Positions 19,582-30,139 are shown, numbered from the stretch's first letter. The stretch: DNA of 64,000 nt from an uncultured Muribaculaceae bacterium (GCA_964486215.1 CAZALI010000003.1:15534-79533), one strand, 5' to 3'. Notes: generated by a model not told the origin, from the sequence alone. Program-made: numbers and translations.

Positions 19582-20256
19582 CTATATTATTGTACTTATT
19601 AATGTGAATACTATAAGTATAATTATTATATATATAGATATTCTAGATATAGTAAATTTAGGTACTTTGTTTTTAAAGATAAAATCTTTTTTATTATATT
19701 CTTTTTTATTTACTATTTTAAAGAATATATTTTTTCTTTTACTTAAATCTTTATCTGTGATTAAGACAAATTCATCACAGGCATCTGTTTCAGAATAATG
19801 AACTTTATTTATACTAGCTATATAGATAAACATAACTAAATCCATAGTAGCTCCAGCTAGATTACAAATTGATAATAAAACTAAGAATTTTAATTCTAAA
19901 ATAGCTCCAATAATATAAGTTATTACTCCTATTACTAAGAAAGGCATACATAGTGATATAAGTATGTTCTTCTTAGTTATCTCTTCTCTACATAGCGTAT
20001 ATAGTATTCCTCGTTCTAGCGCTACTCCATATTTTATATTTTTACTTTTAGCTCCTCCTAGGACATATCCTAGTCCATGAAGAAGTTCATGGATACTAAA
20101 ATATATAATAATACCAGTAATTACTAATACAGGTGACCAATTATTATCATAAAATTCTACATCTAATAAAACACTAATAATAAATAAAGAGATATAGATA
20201 AAGAGACACAGAATATTAGCTGGAAGCATTTTCATTTTGAAAGTGTATGATTTCAT
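19582..20256 (-). CDS. DUF3267-type putative membrane zincin peptidase
   Basis: 224 aa, polytopic, with an HExxH motif (SIHELLHGLGY) in a membrane context. Confidence 0.5.
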   Translation of the reverse strand: MKSYTFKMKMLPANILCLFIYISLFIISVLLDVEFYDNNWSPVLVITGIIIYFSIHELLHGLGYVLGGAKSKNIKYGVALERGILYTLCREEITKKNILISLCMPFLVIGVITYIIGAILELKFLVLLSICNLAGATMDLVMFIYIASINKVHYSETDACDEFVLITDKDLSKRKNIFFKIVNKKEYNKKDFIFKNKVPKFTISRISIYIIIILIVFTLISTII

Positions 20257-21629
20257 TTATTGTATTCCTCAATTAACTTAGTATATTCTTCTTGAAGTTC
20301 AGCTAATCTTTCTTTACTACTAGCTTCAAAACGAGCAGTAATGTTAGGTCCAGTATTACTAGCTCTAACTAAAGCCCATCCATCGTCAAATAAAACTTTA
20401 ACTCCATCAATATCTAGGTAGTTATAACCTTTTTCTTTAGCATATTCTTTTATTTTATCTACGACATTAAATTTAATGGTATCAGGAGAAGCAAATTTAA
20501 TTTCTTCGGTAGCATAATACTTATTTATACCATCAAGTAATTCATCGACAGTTTTATCAGTGTTAGATAAAATTTCTAAAATACGAAGTCCAGCATAAAG
20601 TCCTGAATCAAATCCTGGCCAACGATCTCTATAGTATACATGACCAGATAATTCTCCACCGAATGGCAAGTCTTGCTGTCTAATAGCTGCTTTAGTATAG
20701 GAGTTACCTGTACGATAACAGATACCTTTAGCTCCTAATTTTTCTATTTCATCACTTAGCGATTTAGAACATTTAACATCGTATAAGAATTCTTTCTTTT
20801 CTACTTTGTTTATAATATCTCTAATAATTATAATCATATAATAATCAGTTGGAAGAAAAGTACTAGTATTTGTTACTATACCGAGTCTATCTCCATCACC
20901 ATCAAATGAAATACCAATATCAGCATTCAATTCTTGTACTTTTTCTTTTAACTGCTCTAGATTTGACTCAATGCAAGGATCAGGATGATGATTTGGAAAA
21001 TGGCCATCTGATTCTTCATTAATAATAGTTAAATCCATAGGAAACATCTCATATATCTTTCTGGCTATAATTGATGTTGTTCCATTCGCAGGATCTAAGA
21101 CTACTTTTAGTTTTCTATTTCCAAAATGAAGATTATTTCTATATAATTCAATATAGTCATTAGTAATATCATAAGTCTTGACTTTACCATTACCACTAGC
21201 AAATTTGCCAGCTAAAATATAATCTAAGAAGTCTTGTATCTCTTGACCTTTACAATTTCCATTCTCATCAAAAGCAAACTTAAAACCATTATCATCTTTT
21301 GGATTATGAGAAGCAGTAACCATTACTCCACTATATACTTCTAGTTTTATACAAGCATAATAATACATTGGTGTTGTGCATAAACCTAGATAAATAATAT
21401 CTATTCCTGTTTCTTTTATACCTGTGATCAAAGCATTAGTTAAATCTGGAGAAGATAGTCTATTATCGTGTCCAATTACACATGTTGTCTTGCCCATCTC
21501 TTTAATTTTACTACCAAATCCTAGACCAAAAGTATAAGCAGTATCTTCATCTAATTCAGTTGGATATATACCCCTAACATCATAACCACGAAATATATTT
21601 TTATTAATATTTTCTTTTATTTGATACAT
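20253..21629 (-). CDS. Phosphomannomutase/phosphoglucomutase family enzyme
   Basis: IFRGYDVRGIYP, active-site GVMVTASHNP and Mg site FDGDGDR. Start moved to MYQIKEN (ATG 21627-21629) behind RBS GGAGGGAA. Confidence 0.85.
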   Translation of the reverse strand: MYQIKENINKNIFRGYDVRGIYPTELDEDTAYTFGLGFGSKIKEMGKTTCVIGHDNRLSSPDLTNALITGIKETGIDIIYLGLCTTPMYYYACIKLEVYSGVMVTASHNPKDDNGFKFAFDENGNCKGQEIQDFLDYILAGKFASGNGKVKTYDITNDYIELYRNNLHFGNRKLKVVLDPANGTTSIIARKIYEMFPMDLTIINEESDGHFPNHHPDPCIESNLEQLKEKVQELNADIGISFDGDGDRLGIVTNTSTFLPTDYYMIIIIRDIINKVEKKEFLYDVKCSKSLSDEIEKLGAKGICYRTGNSYTKAAIRQQDLPFGGELSGHVYYRDRWPGFDSGLYAGLRILEILSNTDKTVDELLDGINKYYATEEIKFASPDTIKFNVVDKIKEYAKEKGYNYLDIDGVKVLFDDGWALVRASNTGPNITARFEASSKERLAELQEEYTKLIEEYNK

Positions 21630-21637
21630 ATTCCCTC

Positions 21638-22357
21638 CTATTTCTTTTTCCAAAAAGGAAATCTTTTACGTCCAAATATTAAATCTTCGACAGCTTCTAA
21701 ATTTAAATTTTTATTTAACTTAGGCATATCTGGGAAAGCATTCATTAGACGTTTAGTAAGAATTGAAGCACTTGATAAACGACGGCGCACTTCTTTTTTT
21801 ATTTTGTGTGTTACATCTTTATTAGTTAAACGATGAATATTGATACGTAAACTCATTACTATGTTTGTTGAAACAATGAAGTCTATTAAGAATAATACAA
21901 ATAAAATAGCAGCTATAATATAGATAGTTTTTGAATCAAACGAATATAGAAAATTACTTATAAGTGGTTGGACATACTTTATAATTATGACCCCACCTAG
22001 TCCAAAACATAAAGCAAATTTCAAACATACACGTCCGTCTAAATTTAGTTTTTCATCTGAATAATCCCACCAACGCATTCTAAATATTTTTTCCATTAAA
22101 AGAGAAGTGAAATATTCTAAACCAGTACATATAGCGGTTGATAAAACATATAAAGCGATAATATCATTCTCATATTTTTGTAGTAATAGGCACATCAAAA
22201 CTGCTCCCAAACCAAAGACGGGTATCACTGGTCCAATTAAATAGCCACGTGAAAGATTTAGTTTCTTTTCATTTATAGATACGAAACTAACTTCGACTAT
22301 ATAGCCTATAACTGAATAAATTATGAACATTATAAATAAAGTTGATAAATAATACAT
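21638..22357 (-). CDS. Putative ABC-transporter type IV (CmpB/PF06541-like) membrane protein
   Basis: Polytopic, with GYIVE...SRGYLIGPVIPVFGLG. Start taken at MYYLSTLF after RBS AGGAG, which removes the overlap with the ZIP gene. Confidence 0.5.
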   Translation of the reverse strand: MYYLSTLFIMFIIYSVIGYIVEVSFVSINEKKLNLSRGYLIGPVIPVFGLGAVLMCLLLQKYENDIIALYVLSTAICTGLEYFTSLLMEKIFRMRWWDYSDEKLNLDGRVCLKFALCFGLGGVIIIKYVQPLISNFLYSFDSKTIYIIAAILFVLFLIDFIVSTNIVMSLRINIHRLTNKDVTHKIKKEVRRRLSSASILTKRLMNAFPDMPKLNKNLNLEAVEDLIFGRKRFPFWKKK

Positions 22358-22364
22358 AAAGCTC

Positions 22365-23102
22365 CTAAAATAGCATTGATATACTAAGTAAAACAATACC
22401 TAGTATTATGCCAGTTATCATATATTTGTTTTTAATATTTTTAATGACACGAGGAAATAATTCATCTATCAAGATAAACATAAGCATACCTAATGTGCAT
22501 GATAATAAGATTCCATCAACTAAGCTATTTAATTCGCTTGTGTTAGCAAAATACATAACTAAGCCACCTGCAAAGGTTGAAAGTGTTACTAAGAGGATAT
22601 AGATTATTGTTTTATACTTATCTTCTTTAGCTTGATGTAGTGTTCCTCCTATTACCATACCTAATGGTATATTATGAAAACCTACTCCTATAGTTAAAGC
22701 TAAGCCTAGTTTAGCATCACTTATAACACTACTATAGATAGCCATTCCTTCTATAACATTATGAATACCTAAAGCAAGAGATGTCATTACACCTATATGA
22801 ATTAAATTATCTTCATTATCACTATCATTATGATCAGGAATAAAATGATCTAATACTCTTAAAATATAAAAACCTAAAGCAGTACATATAATAAATATAT
22901 ATATTTTAGATAATTCTATTTCTTCCATAATTTCTGGTAAAAGATCTGTTACTATTAACATTATTATTACTGAGAAAGCTAAACCTATAGAGAAATTAAC
23001 TATATTATTTTTCTTATTAAAAATATATGTTATTAATATACCTATAAGTATAAATATTCCTAGTAATAATGTCGTTAATAGAGCTATTTGATTCTTGTCC
23101 AT
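22365..23102 (-). CDS. ZIP family divalent metal transporter
   Basis: 245 aa with about 8 TMs, motifs GIHNVIEGMAIY and GFHNIPLGMVIG, and an Asp/His-rich loop. Confidence 0.8.
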   Translation of the reverse strand: MDKNQIALLTTLLLGIFILIGILITYIFNKKNNIVNFSIGLAFSVIIMLIVTDLLPEIMEEIELSKIYIFIICTALGFYILRVLDHFIPDHNDSDNEDNLIHIGVMTSLALGIHNVIEGMAIYSSVISDAKLGLALTIGVGFHNIPLGMVIGGTLHQAKEDKYKTIIYILLVTLSTFAGGLVMYFANTSELNSLVDGILLSCTLGMLMFILIDELFPRVIKNIKNKYMITGIILGIVLLSISMLF

Positions 23103-23103
23103 A

Positions 23104-23922
23104 CTATTTACCTCCTAATAAGATAATAATAACGATAATAGCTAATATTATACGATATATCATAAATATCTTAAAGTTATGATTATCAAGATATTTTAGT
23201 AAGAATTTAATACATAATAAACCTATTATAAATGATGTTAATATACCTACTGCAAAGTAAGATAAATTAGCTCCTATCATTGTCCATGTAGATTTATGTA
23301 ATAATTCTAAAACAACAGCTCCAGCTACTATTGGAGCACTTAAATAGAATGAAAATTTAGCAGATGATGTTCTATCTACTCCTAGAGTTCTTGCAGCTGC
23401 TATAGTTGTTCCAGAACGAGAAAAGCCAGGTATTAGTGCTAGTATTTGACTAGTACCAATAATTAGAGAATCTTTTAAGGTTAGTTTATGAATATCTTTT
23501 TTCTCTTCACTTTTAATATCGCATAGATAGATAACTATTCCCATAAAAGCTAAGGCTATAGCTATTAAATAATAACTATTTCTAAAGAAGTCTTCTACTA
23601 CATCTTCAAATAATACTCCGGCTAAGGCTGCTGGTATAGTAGCGGCAATTAAGTACCAAAGAAGTTTTCCATCTTTATCTTTTACTCCTTTTGTTAAGCC
23701 GTTTGTTATTATCTTTATAAAGTCTTTATAGAAGAATACTAATATAGCTAGTAATGTACCTAAATGTAAGGCTATATCAAATGACATAGCAATATTATCA
23801 CTAATATTACTTCCTATACCAAAGATATCTCTAAAGATGATTAAATGGGCTGATGAAGATATTGGTAAAAACTCAGCTATTCCTTGTACTATTCCTAATA
23901 TTATTACTGATAAGATATCCAT
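23104..23922 (-). CDS. uppP: Undecaprenyl-diphosphate phosphatase
   Basis: 272 aa with GIAEFLPISSSAHL and PGFSRSGTTI, the BacA/UppP signatures. Confidence 0.9.
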   Translation of the reverse strand: MDILSVIILGIVQGIAEFLPISSSAHLIIFRDIFGIGSNISDNIAMSFDIALHLGTLLAILVFFYKDFIKIITNGLTKGVKDKDGKLLWYLIAATIPAALAGVLFEDVVEDFFRNSYYLIAIALAFMGIVIYLCDIKSEEKKDIHKLTLKDSLIIGTSQILALIPGFSRSGTTIAAARTLGVDRTSSAKFSFYLSAPIVAGAVVLELLHKSTWTMIGANLSYFAVGILTSFIIGLLCIKFLLKYLDNHNFKIFMIYRIILAIIVIIILLGGK

Positions 23923-24768
23923 CTAATCATCTCCTAATTTATATCCTATTACAAGGCCTATTACTAATAGTATAATACCTACTAATAATTCAGGTATACT
24001 ATGAGTAAAATCTACTTTCATTAATAAAGTAACAACACTAGCTATTAAGAATCCAAATATAGCATAATACGTAAGTGTTTTATATTTACTAAATAAGTAT
24101 TCTAATAATTTAGCTATGAAGATAATACCAAATACTACTCCTAAACCAAATGGTATTAATACTAATAAATTATGTGCTAAATTATCAAAATTAGTTAAGT
24201 CTGCTACTACTTTTATTATTGGTTTATAAAAACCTAATAACATTAACATAAATGATCCTGATATACCAGGAATAACCATAGATGCAGCAGCAACTACTCC
24301 TACTAAGAATAATAGTATATAACTAAGTATATTTAAATTACTTAGATTAACACTACTAGTATTACTACCTATAATAGCAAGTATTATTACGATAGAAAAT
24401 GTTATTATACTTAGAATTATATTAATAGACTTTTGTCTCTTTACTTTTAATTTCTTAAATATTAATGGTATTCCTCCTAGTATTAATCCTACAAAGAATA
24501 ATATAGTAGCTGTAGGATATTTATCTAGAGTAAAATTAATTACTTTACTCATAGATAAAATAGCTAGAGCTGCTCCTAGACCAAATGGTATTAAGATAGA
24601 CATAGAATTTTTAAATTCTTTTAAGATATTGGATATTGCTTTTATTAAGTATTCATATATACCCATAGTAAGAGCAATAGTACCTCCACTTACTCCAGGT
24701 ATTATATTAGCTAATCCAAATATAAAGCCTTTTAAAGTTAAAAATAATTTATCTTTCATATTAATCAT
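23923..24768 (-). CDS. DUF368 family membrane protein (PopT-type candidate undecaprenyl-phosphate translocase)
   Basis: 281 aa, polytopic, with two copies of the PGVSGGT/PGISGSF motif typical of DUF368. It directly abuts uppP. Confidence 0.75.
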   Translation of the reverse strand: MINMKDKLFLTLKGFIFGLANIIPGVSGGTIALTMGIYEYLIKAISNILKEFKNSMSILIPFGLGAALAILSMSKVINFTLDKYPTATILFFVGLILGGIPLIFKKLKVKRQKSINIILSIITFSIVIILAIIGSNTSSVNLSNLNILSYILLFLVGVVAAASMVIPGISGSFMLMLLGFYKPIIKVVADLTNFDNLAHNLLVLIPFGLGVVFGIIFIAKLLEYLFSKYKTLTYYAIFGFLIASVVTLLMKVDFTHSIPELLVGIILLVIGLVIGYKLGDD

Positions 24769-26377
24769 TATCTATAGCATCTATAATAAGTGGAACAATA
24801 TCTTGTTTACGAGATAAGCATTTATCTATAAATGTTCCTTCTTCTATTTCTTTATTATATATAGATGACATTAGATTTTTTCCTTTCTCATTAAATATAA
24901 CATAAGAACCATTCTTTATTATATCAGTAATATATAGACAAGCTAGTATATAATTATTAGCTTCAGCTAATTTATTTAGAGCTTCTATATATGAAGTGAT
25001 ATCTTTTCTTATATCTTCAAAGTTCATAGTAAAGAACTGTCCTATAGCAAATGTCTTATTTGATACAGTAAATAATTTATAGTCATTGAAGATTACATCT
25101 TCTACTTTCATACCTTTTAGAGAAGTACCTGCTTTTAATAATTCTAGTCCATATTCTTCATAGTTTACTTTAGCTAATTTAGATAGACTAGTTACTGCTT
25201 CTCGATCTTTATCTGTTGTAGTTGGACTTTTCAATATCAAAGTATCAGATAAAATACCTGATAATAACATACCAGCTATATTTTCAGGAATAGCTAATTT
25301 TTTTTCAATAAACAAAGTATAAATAATAGTAGAAGTAGATCCAACTGCCATACCTCTAAAATTAATTGGTTTAGCTGTAGTTAAAGTACTTAAATTATGA
25401 TGATCTATTACTTCTTCTACAATAGCTTCATCTAGACCATCAGCACTTTGCATAGGTTCATTATGATCTACTAAGACTACCCTCTTAGGATTAATATCAT
25501 TTAAATCAGTAATTCTAAGAAGTCCTGTACATTTACCAGCTTTATTAATAACAGGATAATTAGTATGTCTTAGTTTAGAATTTATCTCTTTAACATTAGA
25601 TATATAGTCTGTTGTATAAAACTTAATTGGATTACTATTAGATATTAAAGTTCTTATGTAGTTAGTAAGTGGTACAATACGAGATAAATGATAAGTATCA
25701 TATGGACTTCTAATTATATTTACTTTATTCTTTTTAGCTAACTTAATGTGTTTATTATGTATTTCACTACCACCAGTTAAAATAATTAATTTTACTTTAC
25801 TTTTAATAGCATAATCTATAATAGAATGTCTATCTCCTAATATTAGAATATTAGTATTATCTAGATTAACGTTTCCTAATATTCTACTTGATTTATAAGA
25901 AGCTATTAGTATTTTACCTCTTATTTCATCATCAAAGTGTAATAATTCTTCTCCTCCTAAATCTTTTAATAAATTATCATAAGAAGTATCTAGTTTATCA
26001 TAATTATTACTTACAATATTCATAGCTAGATCTTTAATAGTAATTAGAGATAAGAAATCGTTATCTCCTTTTACAATAGGAATACCAGTAATATTATGAT
26101 TAATCATATATTTATAAGCAGAATAAATAGACTCTGTTTCCTTCATAAATAGATTTTTACTATAGTTAACATCTCTTACTTGAAGTTTAACATCATTTAA
26201 ATACTCAGGCTTTTTTACTTTAAAATATTTGAGAGCAAATTCTGTTTCTCTATTTAAATTTCCTAGTACTCTTGGCTCTGTTTCTTCCCCCAAAGTATTC
26301 TTTAAATACGAAAGAGCTATTGCGGAAACAACAGAATCAGTATCAGGATTTTTATGTCCAAAGATTAGTTTCTTCAT
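24761..26377 (-). CDS. ppaC: Family II (DHH) inorganic pyrophosphatase with a CBS/DRTGG insert
   Basis: N-terminal FGHKNPDTDS, a DHH motif (VVLVDHNE), a DHHA2 C-terminus, and CBS-like inserts between them. The ATG at 26375-26377 is preferred, 5 nt after AGGAGAG. Confidence 0.8.
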   Translation of the reverse strand: MKKLIFGHKNPDTDSVVSAIALSYLKNTLGEETEPRVLGNLNRETEFALKYFKVKKPEYLNDVKLQVRDVNYSKNLFMKETESIYSAYKYMINHNITGIPIVKGDNDFLSLITIKDLAMNIVSNNYDKLDTSYDNLLKDLGGEELLHFDDEIRGKILIASYKSSRILGNVNLDNTNILILGDRHSIIDYAIKSKVKLIILTGGSEIHNKHIKLAKKNKVNIIRSPYDTYHLSRIVPLTNYIRTLISNSNPIKFYTTDYISNVKEINSKLRHTNYPVINKAGKCTGLLRITDLNDINPKRVVLVDHNEPMQSADGLDEAIVEEVIDHHNLSTLTTAKPINFRGMAVGSTSTIIYTLFIEKKLAIPENIAGMLLSGILSDTLILKSPTTTDKDREAVTSLSKLAKVNYEEYGLELLKAGTSLKGMKVEDVIFNDYKLFTVSNKTFAIGQFFTMNFEDIRKDITSYIEALNKLAEANNYILACLYITDIIKNGSYVIFNEKGKNLMSSIYNKEIEEGTFIDKCLSRKQDIVPLIIDAIDND

Positions 26378-26434
26378 ATACACTCTCCTACTATGGAAAT
26401 TATAACAAAAATAAGAGAATAAGTAAATATTCTC

Positions 26435-27733
26435 TTAAACTAATTCATTTAATATTTCATCCATCTCTTGTTCATTTTCTTTAGAGACAGTTGTTTCTTT
26501 AACTTCATTATTAAACCATACTGGTAGAGATTCTTTAGAATCTTTTTTCTCTTTACTTGGAGTTTTCTTTACTAAGTTCTTTAATTTCTTATGTTCTTTT
26601 TCTGTTATCTTCATAGCTTCTTCTACAGTTTCAATATTTAGTCTTTTCCATTGACCTGCTATGGTTTCAATATAAGATTTCTTTAACTTTTCATTATTTA
26701 ATTTTAATGTATAAGCTATAAGTACATTGACTACTCCTGGATTTAGATTCTGATCTATTAGAAGAGATTCTACTAGTCTTTTATCATGATCAGTTGGTTC
26801 TGCTCCTTTATATTTTGCTTTTAGAAATTCATATGGAGTTAAAGTTTCAAAAGTATAAACCATTTTAGCCCACTTTGAATTATCTCCACTAGGTTTCTTT
26901 AAATAATCTGGTTGATGTTTATATATAAATGTAGGAAGTGATCCATTATTTTCAAACTGATAATAATTACGAGTAGCTTTTCTTAACTTTTCTTTATCTA
27001 TTAAACCTTTTTCATTAATAGAGTCTCTAATTAAACCACTCATTTCATAAGTCTTAATATTATAAGTAAAAGATAGTGAATTAATTAACTTCTTAGTATC
27101 ATTTGTGAAAGCTTTTTCGTTTAACTCATCTTTTGGAATTGATGAAATTACTTCATCAAAATCTATTCCTTTAGATATTTCAATATTATTAGATTCTTTT
27201 TTACTTATATCAGGAATACTATCAATAGAAGTTTTTTCCACTGATGAGAATACATTATCAAAAGACTTAGTTATATCTGTATAATTCTTTAAATCTATCT
27301 TTGGTATTTTAAAATAATTTAGTAGTTTATTATACTCAGTCTTTCCTAAATTATTATATAAAACAATATTTAATACTGGATGTGAAAAAACATCACTAGC
27401 ACTTAGTGGTGAATATAATAGATAAACATAATTATTAGTAGTTTCTTCTTTAACATAAGTCTTTAATAGACCTATGGCTTCTAACTTTTCTCTAGCTATT
27501 ACAATGTCATTTAAATTTAATTGCATAGTAGACATTAAATGATGATGAGTTAATTCATCACTCATTACTTGAAGTTTATCTAAATCATCTTTTAATGTTT
27601 CATATAAAGATACTGCTGTATGACCTATAATTGGTTGATACAACATAGTTATTATCTTATAATCTTCTTCATTAAGAATAGTTTTATTAATAACTGTATA
27701 AGTATCTGCTGGTAAAATAGTAATATTTCTCAT
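26435..27733 (-). CDS. dnaB: Replication initiation/membrane attachment protein (Firmicutes DnaB/DnaD family)
   Basis: About 432 aa. The N-terminal DnaB_2-like region (TMLYQPIIGHTAVSLYETL) and the C-terminal repeat domain resemble B. subtilis DnaB. Confidence 0.65.
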   Translation of the reverse strand: MRNITILPADTYTVINKTILNEEDYKIITMLYQPIIGHTAVSLYETLKDDLDKLQVMSDELTHHHLMSTMQLNLNDIVIAREKLEAIGLLKTYVKEETTNNYVYLLYSPLSASDVFSHPVLNIVLYNNLGKTEYNKLLNYFKIPKIDLKNYTDITKSFDNVFSSVEKTSIDSIPDISKKESNNIEISKGIDFDEVISSIPKDELNEKAFTNDTKKLINSLSFTYNIKTYEMSGLIRDSINEKGLIDKEKLRKATRNYYQFENNGSLPTFIYKHQPDYLKKPSGDNSKWAKMVYTFETLTPYEFLKAKYKGAEPTDHDKRLVESLLIDQNLNPGVVNVLIAYTLKLNNEKLKKSYIETIAGQWKRLNIETVEEAMKITEKEHKKLKNLVKKTPSKEKKDSKESLPVWFNNEVKETTVSKENEQEMDEILNELV

Positions 27734-27786
27734 GATTATCACCACAAATATATATTAACATAAATAATACTTTTTTTAAGTATTTT

Positions 27787-28551
27787 TTACCATCTTAAGA
27801 AATTTAATATTGTTTCACTATTAATACCAGTAAAATACATTAAAGTTAAAGCTATAAGTAAGAATGGGCCAAATGGAATTACGTGTTCTTTTTCTTTTAC
27901 TAAGAACATAATAGATATTGGTAAAGCTATAATACTACCTAAAAAGATAGAGAATATTCCGGCTAATATACCTAGAATATGTCCAAAGATAAACATCATC
28001 TTTATATCTCCTCCACCTAGAGATTCTTTCTTAAAGATAAAGTTACCTATTAACATAATAAAGTACATTATTAAGAAAAGAATAATTCCATCACCTATAG
28101 CTTTTAAAGTACCAAAAATACCTATATTTAATAAATCAAATATAGTGAAGTACAAAGACATAAATATTAGTAATTCATCTGGTATGATGAGACTAGATAC
28201 ATCTGTGATTATTACTATTAATAATAGAGATATAATACCTAAAGCCATAAATAATTCATAAGTTGGTCCAAAGACATAGTATGCTGTAGTGAATAATATA
28301 CCAGAGAATATTTCCATATAAGTAGACAATGGATCTATTTTAGTATGACAATAACGGCATTTTCCACGTAAAAAGATATATGATAGTATTGGTATCATAT
28401 CTAGTAGTGATAATGGATGTGAGCAGTTATCACACTTTGATCTAGTAGTTAAAAATGGTTCATCTTTTACTAAGTGTGTAGCAACTACTGTATAAAAAGA
28501 ACCAAAGCATGTACCTAAAATAAAGAAGATACATAGCATTGTTATACTCAT
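27787..28551 (-). CDS. pilD: Prepilin peptidase (A24 family, PilD/ComC)
   Basis: 254 aa with an N-terminal CxxC...CxxC (CDNCSH...CRYCHTKI) and catalytic Asp motifs IIPDEL and GGGDIKM. Confidence 0.85.
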   Translation of the reverse strand: MSITMLCIFFILGTCFGSFYTVVATHLVKDEPFLTTRSKCDNCSHPLSLLDMIPILSYIFLRGKCRYCHTKIDPLSTYMEIFSGILFTTAYYVFGPTYELFMALGIISLLLIVIITDVSSLIIPDELLIFMSLYFTIFDLLNIGIFGTLKAIGDGIILFLIMYFIMLIGNFIFKKESLGGGDIKMMFIFGHILGILAGIFSIFLGSIIALPISIMFLVKEKEHVIPFGPFLLIALTLMYFTGINSETILNFLRW

Positions 28552-28561
28552 AATTTCCTCC

Positions 28562-30031
28562 TTATTTTACGGTATCATATATAGCAAACATTGGTTGAAT
28601 TATAGATAGTAAGATTATACCAACAATAACAGCTAAGACTACTATTAACATTGGTTCTACCATACTCTTCATTTGATCAATAATGTTTTTATGCAACATT
28701 TGGAAGTGATCAGCGACTTTTTCCATCATAGGACCTAATTGACCAGTTCTTTCACCTGTTACTATCATTTCATAGGCTACTACTGGGAAAGCCCATTGAC
28801 CTTTAAAGGCTGTTGATACTGATTCACCTTTTGCTAAGTTAGTTAAACAATTATTAATAATACCTTTATATATTTCATTATTAGTTATTTTAGATAGTAT
28901 TTCCATAGAATCAGTAATAAATACACCATGATTTATCAATGAAGCAAATGTCTTAGTAAAGTTAGCTACTTCATTATAAATAATAATATCTTTAATTACT
29001 GGGATATGCATTAAAGTAATTTGTACTCCTCTTTTAAAACTAATAACTTTTTTCATTAATACTATGAATATAACTACTAAAGTAATAACTGCTAATAATA
29101 ATATAATCCAGTTACCAGTAATAAATTTACTTACACTTAAAATTGTTTGAGTTAGTACAGGTAACTCTGCTCCATTATCTTGGAACATACTAGAGAATTG
29201 TGGTACTAAGTAAGTAAGCATGAATATTAAAACACCAAAAGCAATTATTAATACTACTATTGGGTATGTCATAGCTGATTTCATTTGCTTTTTAGTTTGA
29301 TCAATAGCTGTATAATAATCAGCCATATCATCTAATATAGATGGTAAATCTCCTGTCATTTCAGCTGTTTTTACCATATTTATTAATAAAGATGGATATA
29401 ACTTAGATTGAGATGTCATAGCATCTGACAAGTTTTCTCCTTTTAATAATTCAAATACTAATTGATTAAAGCTAGTTCTTAGATGTGGTTTTGTAGCTTG
29501 TTTAGCAAGAATAGTTACAGAATCAGCTAATGGAATACCTGACTTAATATATGTTGATAACTGAGTTAGTGAGAAAGCTAAATCTTGAGCACTTATCTTA
29601 CCAAAAGTAATTTCTATATCAGTAGCTTTACGTAGTTCAACATTAACAATACGATAATGTTGTGATACTAAGAAGTTTCTTACTTCTTCTTCTGTTTCGG
29701 CTACTAAACTACTCTTTTCTTTTTTATTCATATCGTTAAGAATAGTATATGAATATGTTTTAGTAGGTTTTTTAGCTCTACCTTTAGAATCATATTCTGT
29801 CTTAACTTCTAAATCTTCTTTATTAGATGTAGAGGCATTTGGATTAGCAGCTTTATTTAGATTTTGAGTAAATCTTTTATTTACATCTTCTTTAGATGAA
29901 TCAATATTACTACTTATTAATTGACCATTACTAAATTGATTATTATTCTGAGCTGTTGTAGTATTAGCTGGTGTCGTTGTAGTATTTTGTTGCATAGTAT
30001 TATTAGTTTTATTGTTAAAGAATCCTGCCAT
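28562..30031 (-). CDS. pilC: Type IV pilus/T2SS platform protein (GspF/PilC family) with an Asn/Thr-rich N-terminal extension
   Basis: 489 aa with two GspF repeats (AFSLTQLSTYIKSGIPLADS... and FTKTFASLINHGVFITDS...) and three TMs. About 90 low-complexity residues precede the usual PilC N-domain. Confidence 0.85.
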   Translation of the reverse strand: MAGFFNNKTNNTMQQNTTTTPANTTTAQNNNQFSNGQLISSNIDSSKEDVNKRFTQNLNKAANPNASTSNKEDLEVKTEYDSKGRAKKPTKTYSYTILNDMNKKEKSSLVAETEEEVRNFLVSQHYRIVNVELRKATDIEITFGKISAQDLAFSLTQLSTYIKSGIPLADSVTILAKQATKPHLRTSFNQLVFELLKGENLSDAMTSQSKLYPSLLINMVKTAEMTGDLPSILDDMADYYTAIDQTKKQMKSAMTYPIVVLIIAFGVLIFMLTYLVPQFSSMFQDNGAELPVLTQTILSVSKFITGNWIILLLAVITLVVIFIVLMKKVISFKRGVQITLMHIPVIKDIIIYNEVANFTKTFASLINHGVFITDSMEILSKITNNEIYKGIINNCLTNLAKGESVSTAFKGQWAFPVVAYEMIVTGERTGQLGPMMEKVADHFQMLHKNIIDQMKSMVEPMLIVVLAVIVGIILLSIIQPMFAIYDTVK

Positions 30032-30058
30032 CTTTACACCTTCTATTCTTTCTACTTT

Positions 30059-30087
30059 AGTATATTATATAGAAGCAAATTTATCAA
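30059..30087 (-). promoter_or_regulatory. Putative sigma-A promoter for pilC-pilD
   Basis: On the minus strand, TTGATA-17 nt-TATACT. It lies downstream of the giant-gene terminator and upstream of RBS GAAGGTG. Confidence 0.4.
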
Positions 30088-30114
30088 TATTAAATATTAT
30101 TGTTTACATAAGAA

Positions 30115-30139
30115 AAAGAATTATATTTAATAATTCTTT
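30115..30139 (-). terminator. Terminator hairpin T1 (family AAAGAATTAT...ATAATTCTTT)
   Basis: 10-bp perfect stem (30115-30124 / 30130-30139) and a T-run on the minus strand. It starts 1 nt after the stop of the 1523-aa gene. Confidence 0.8.
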
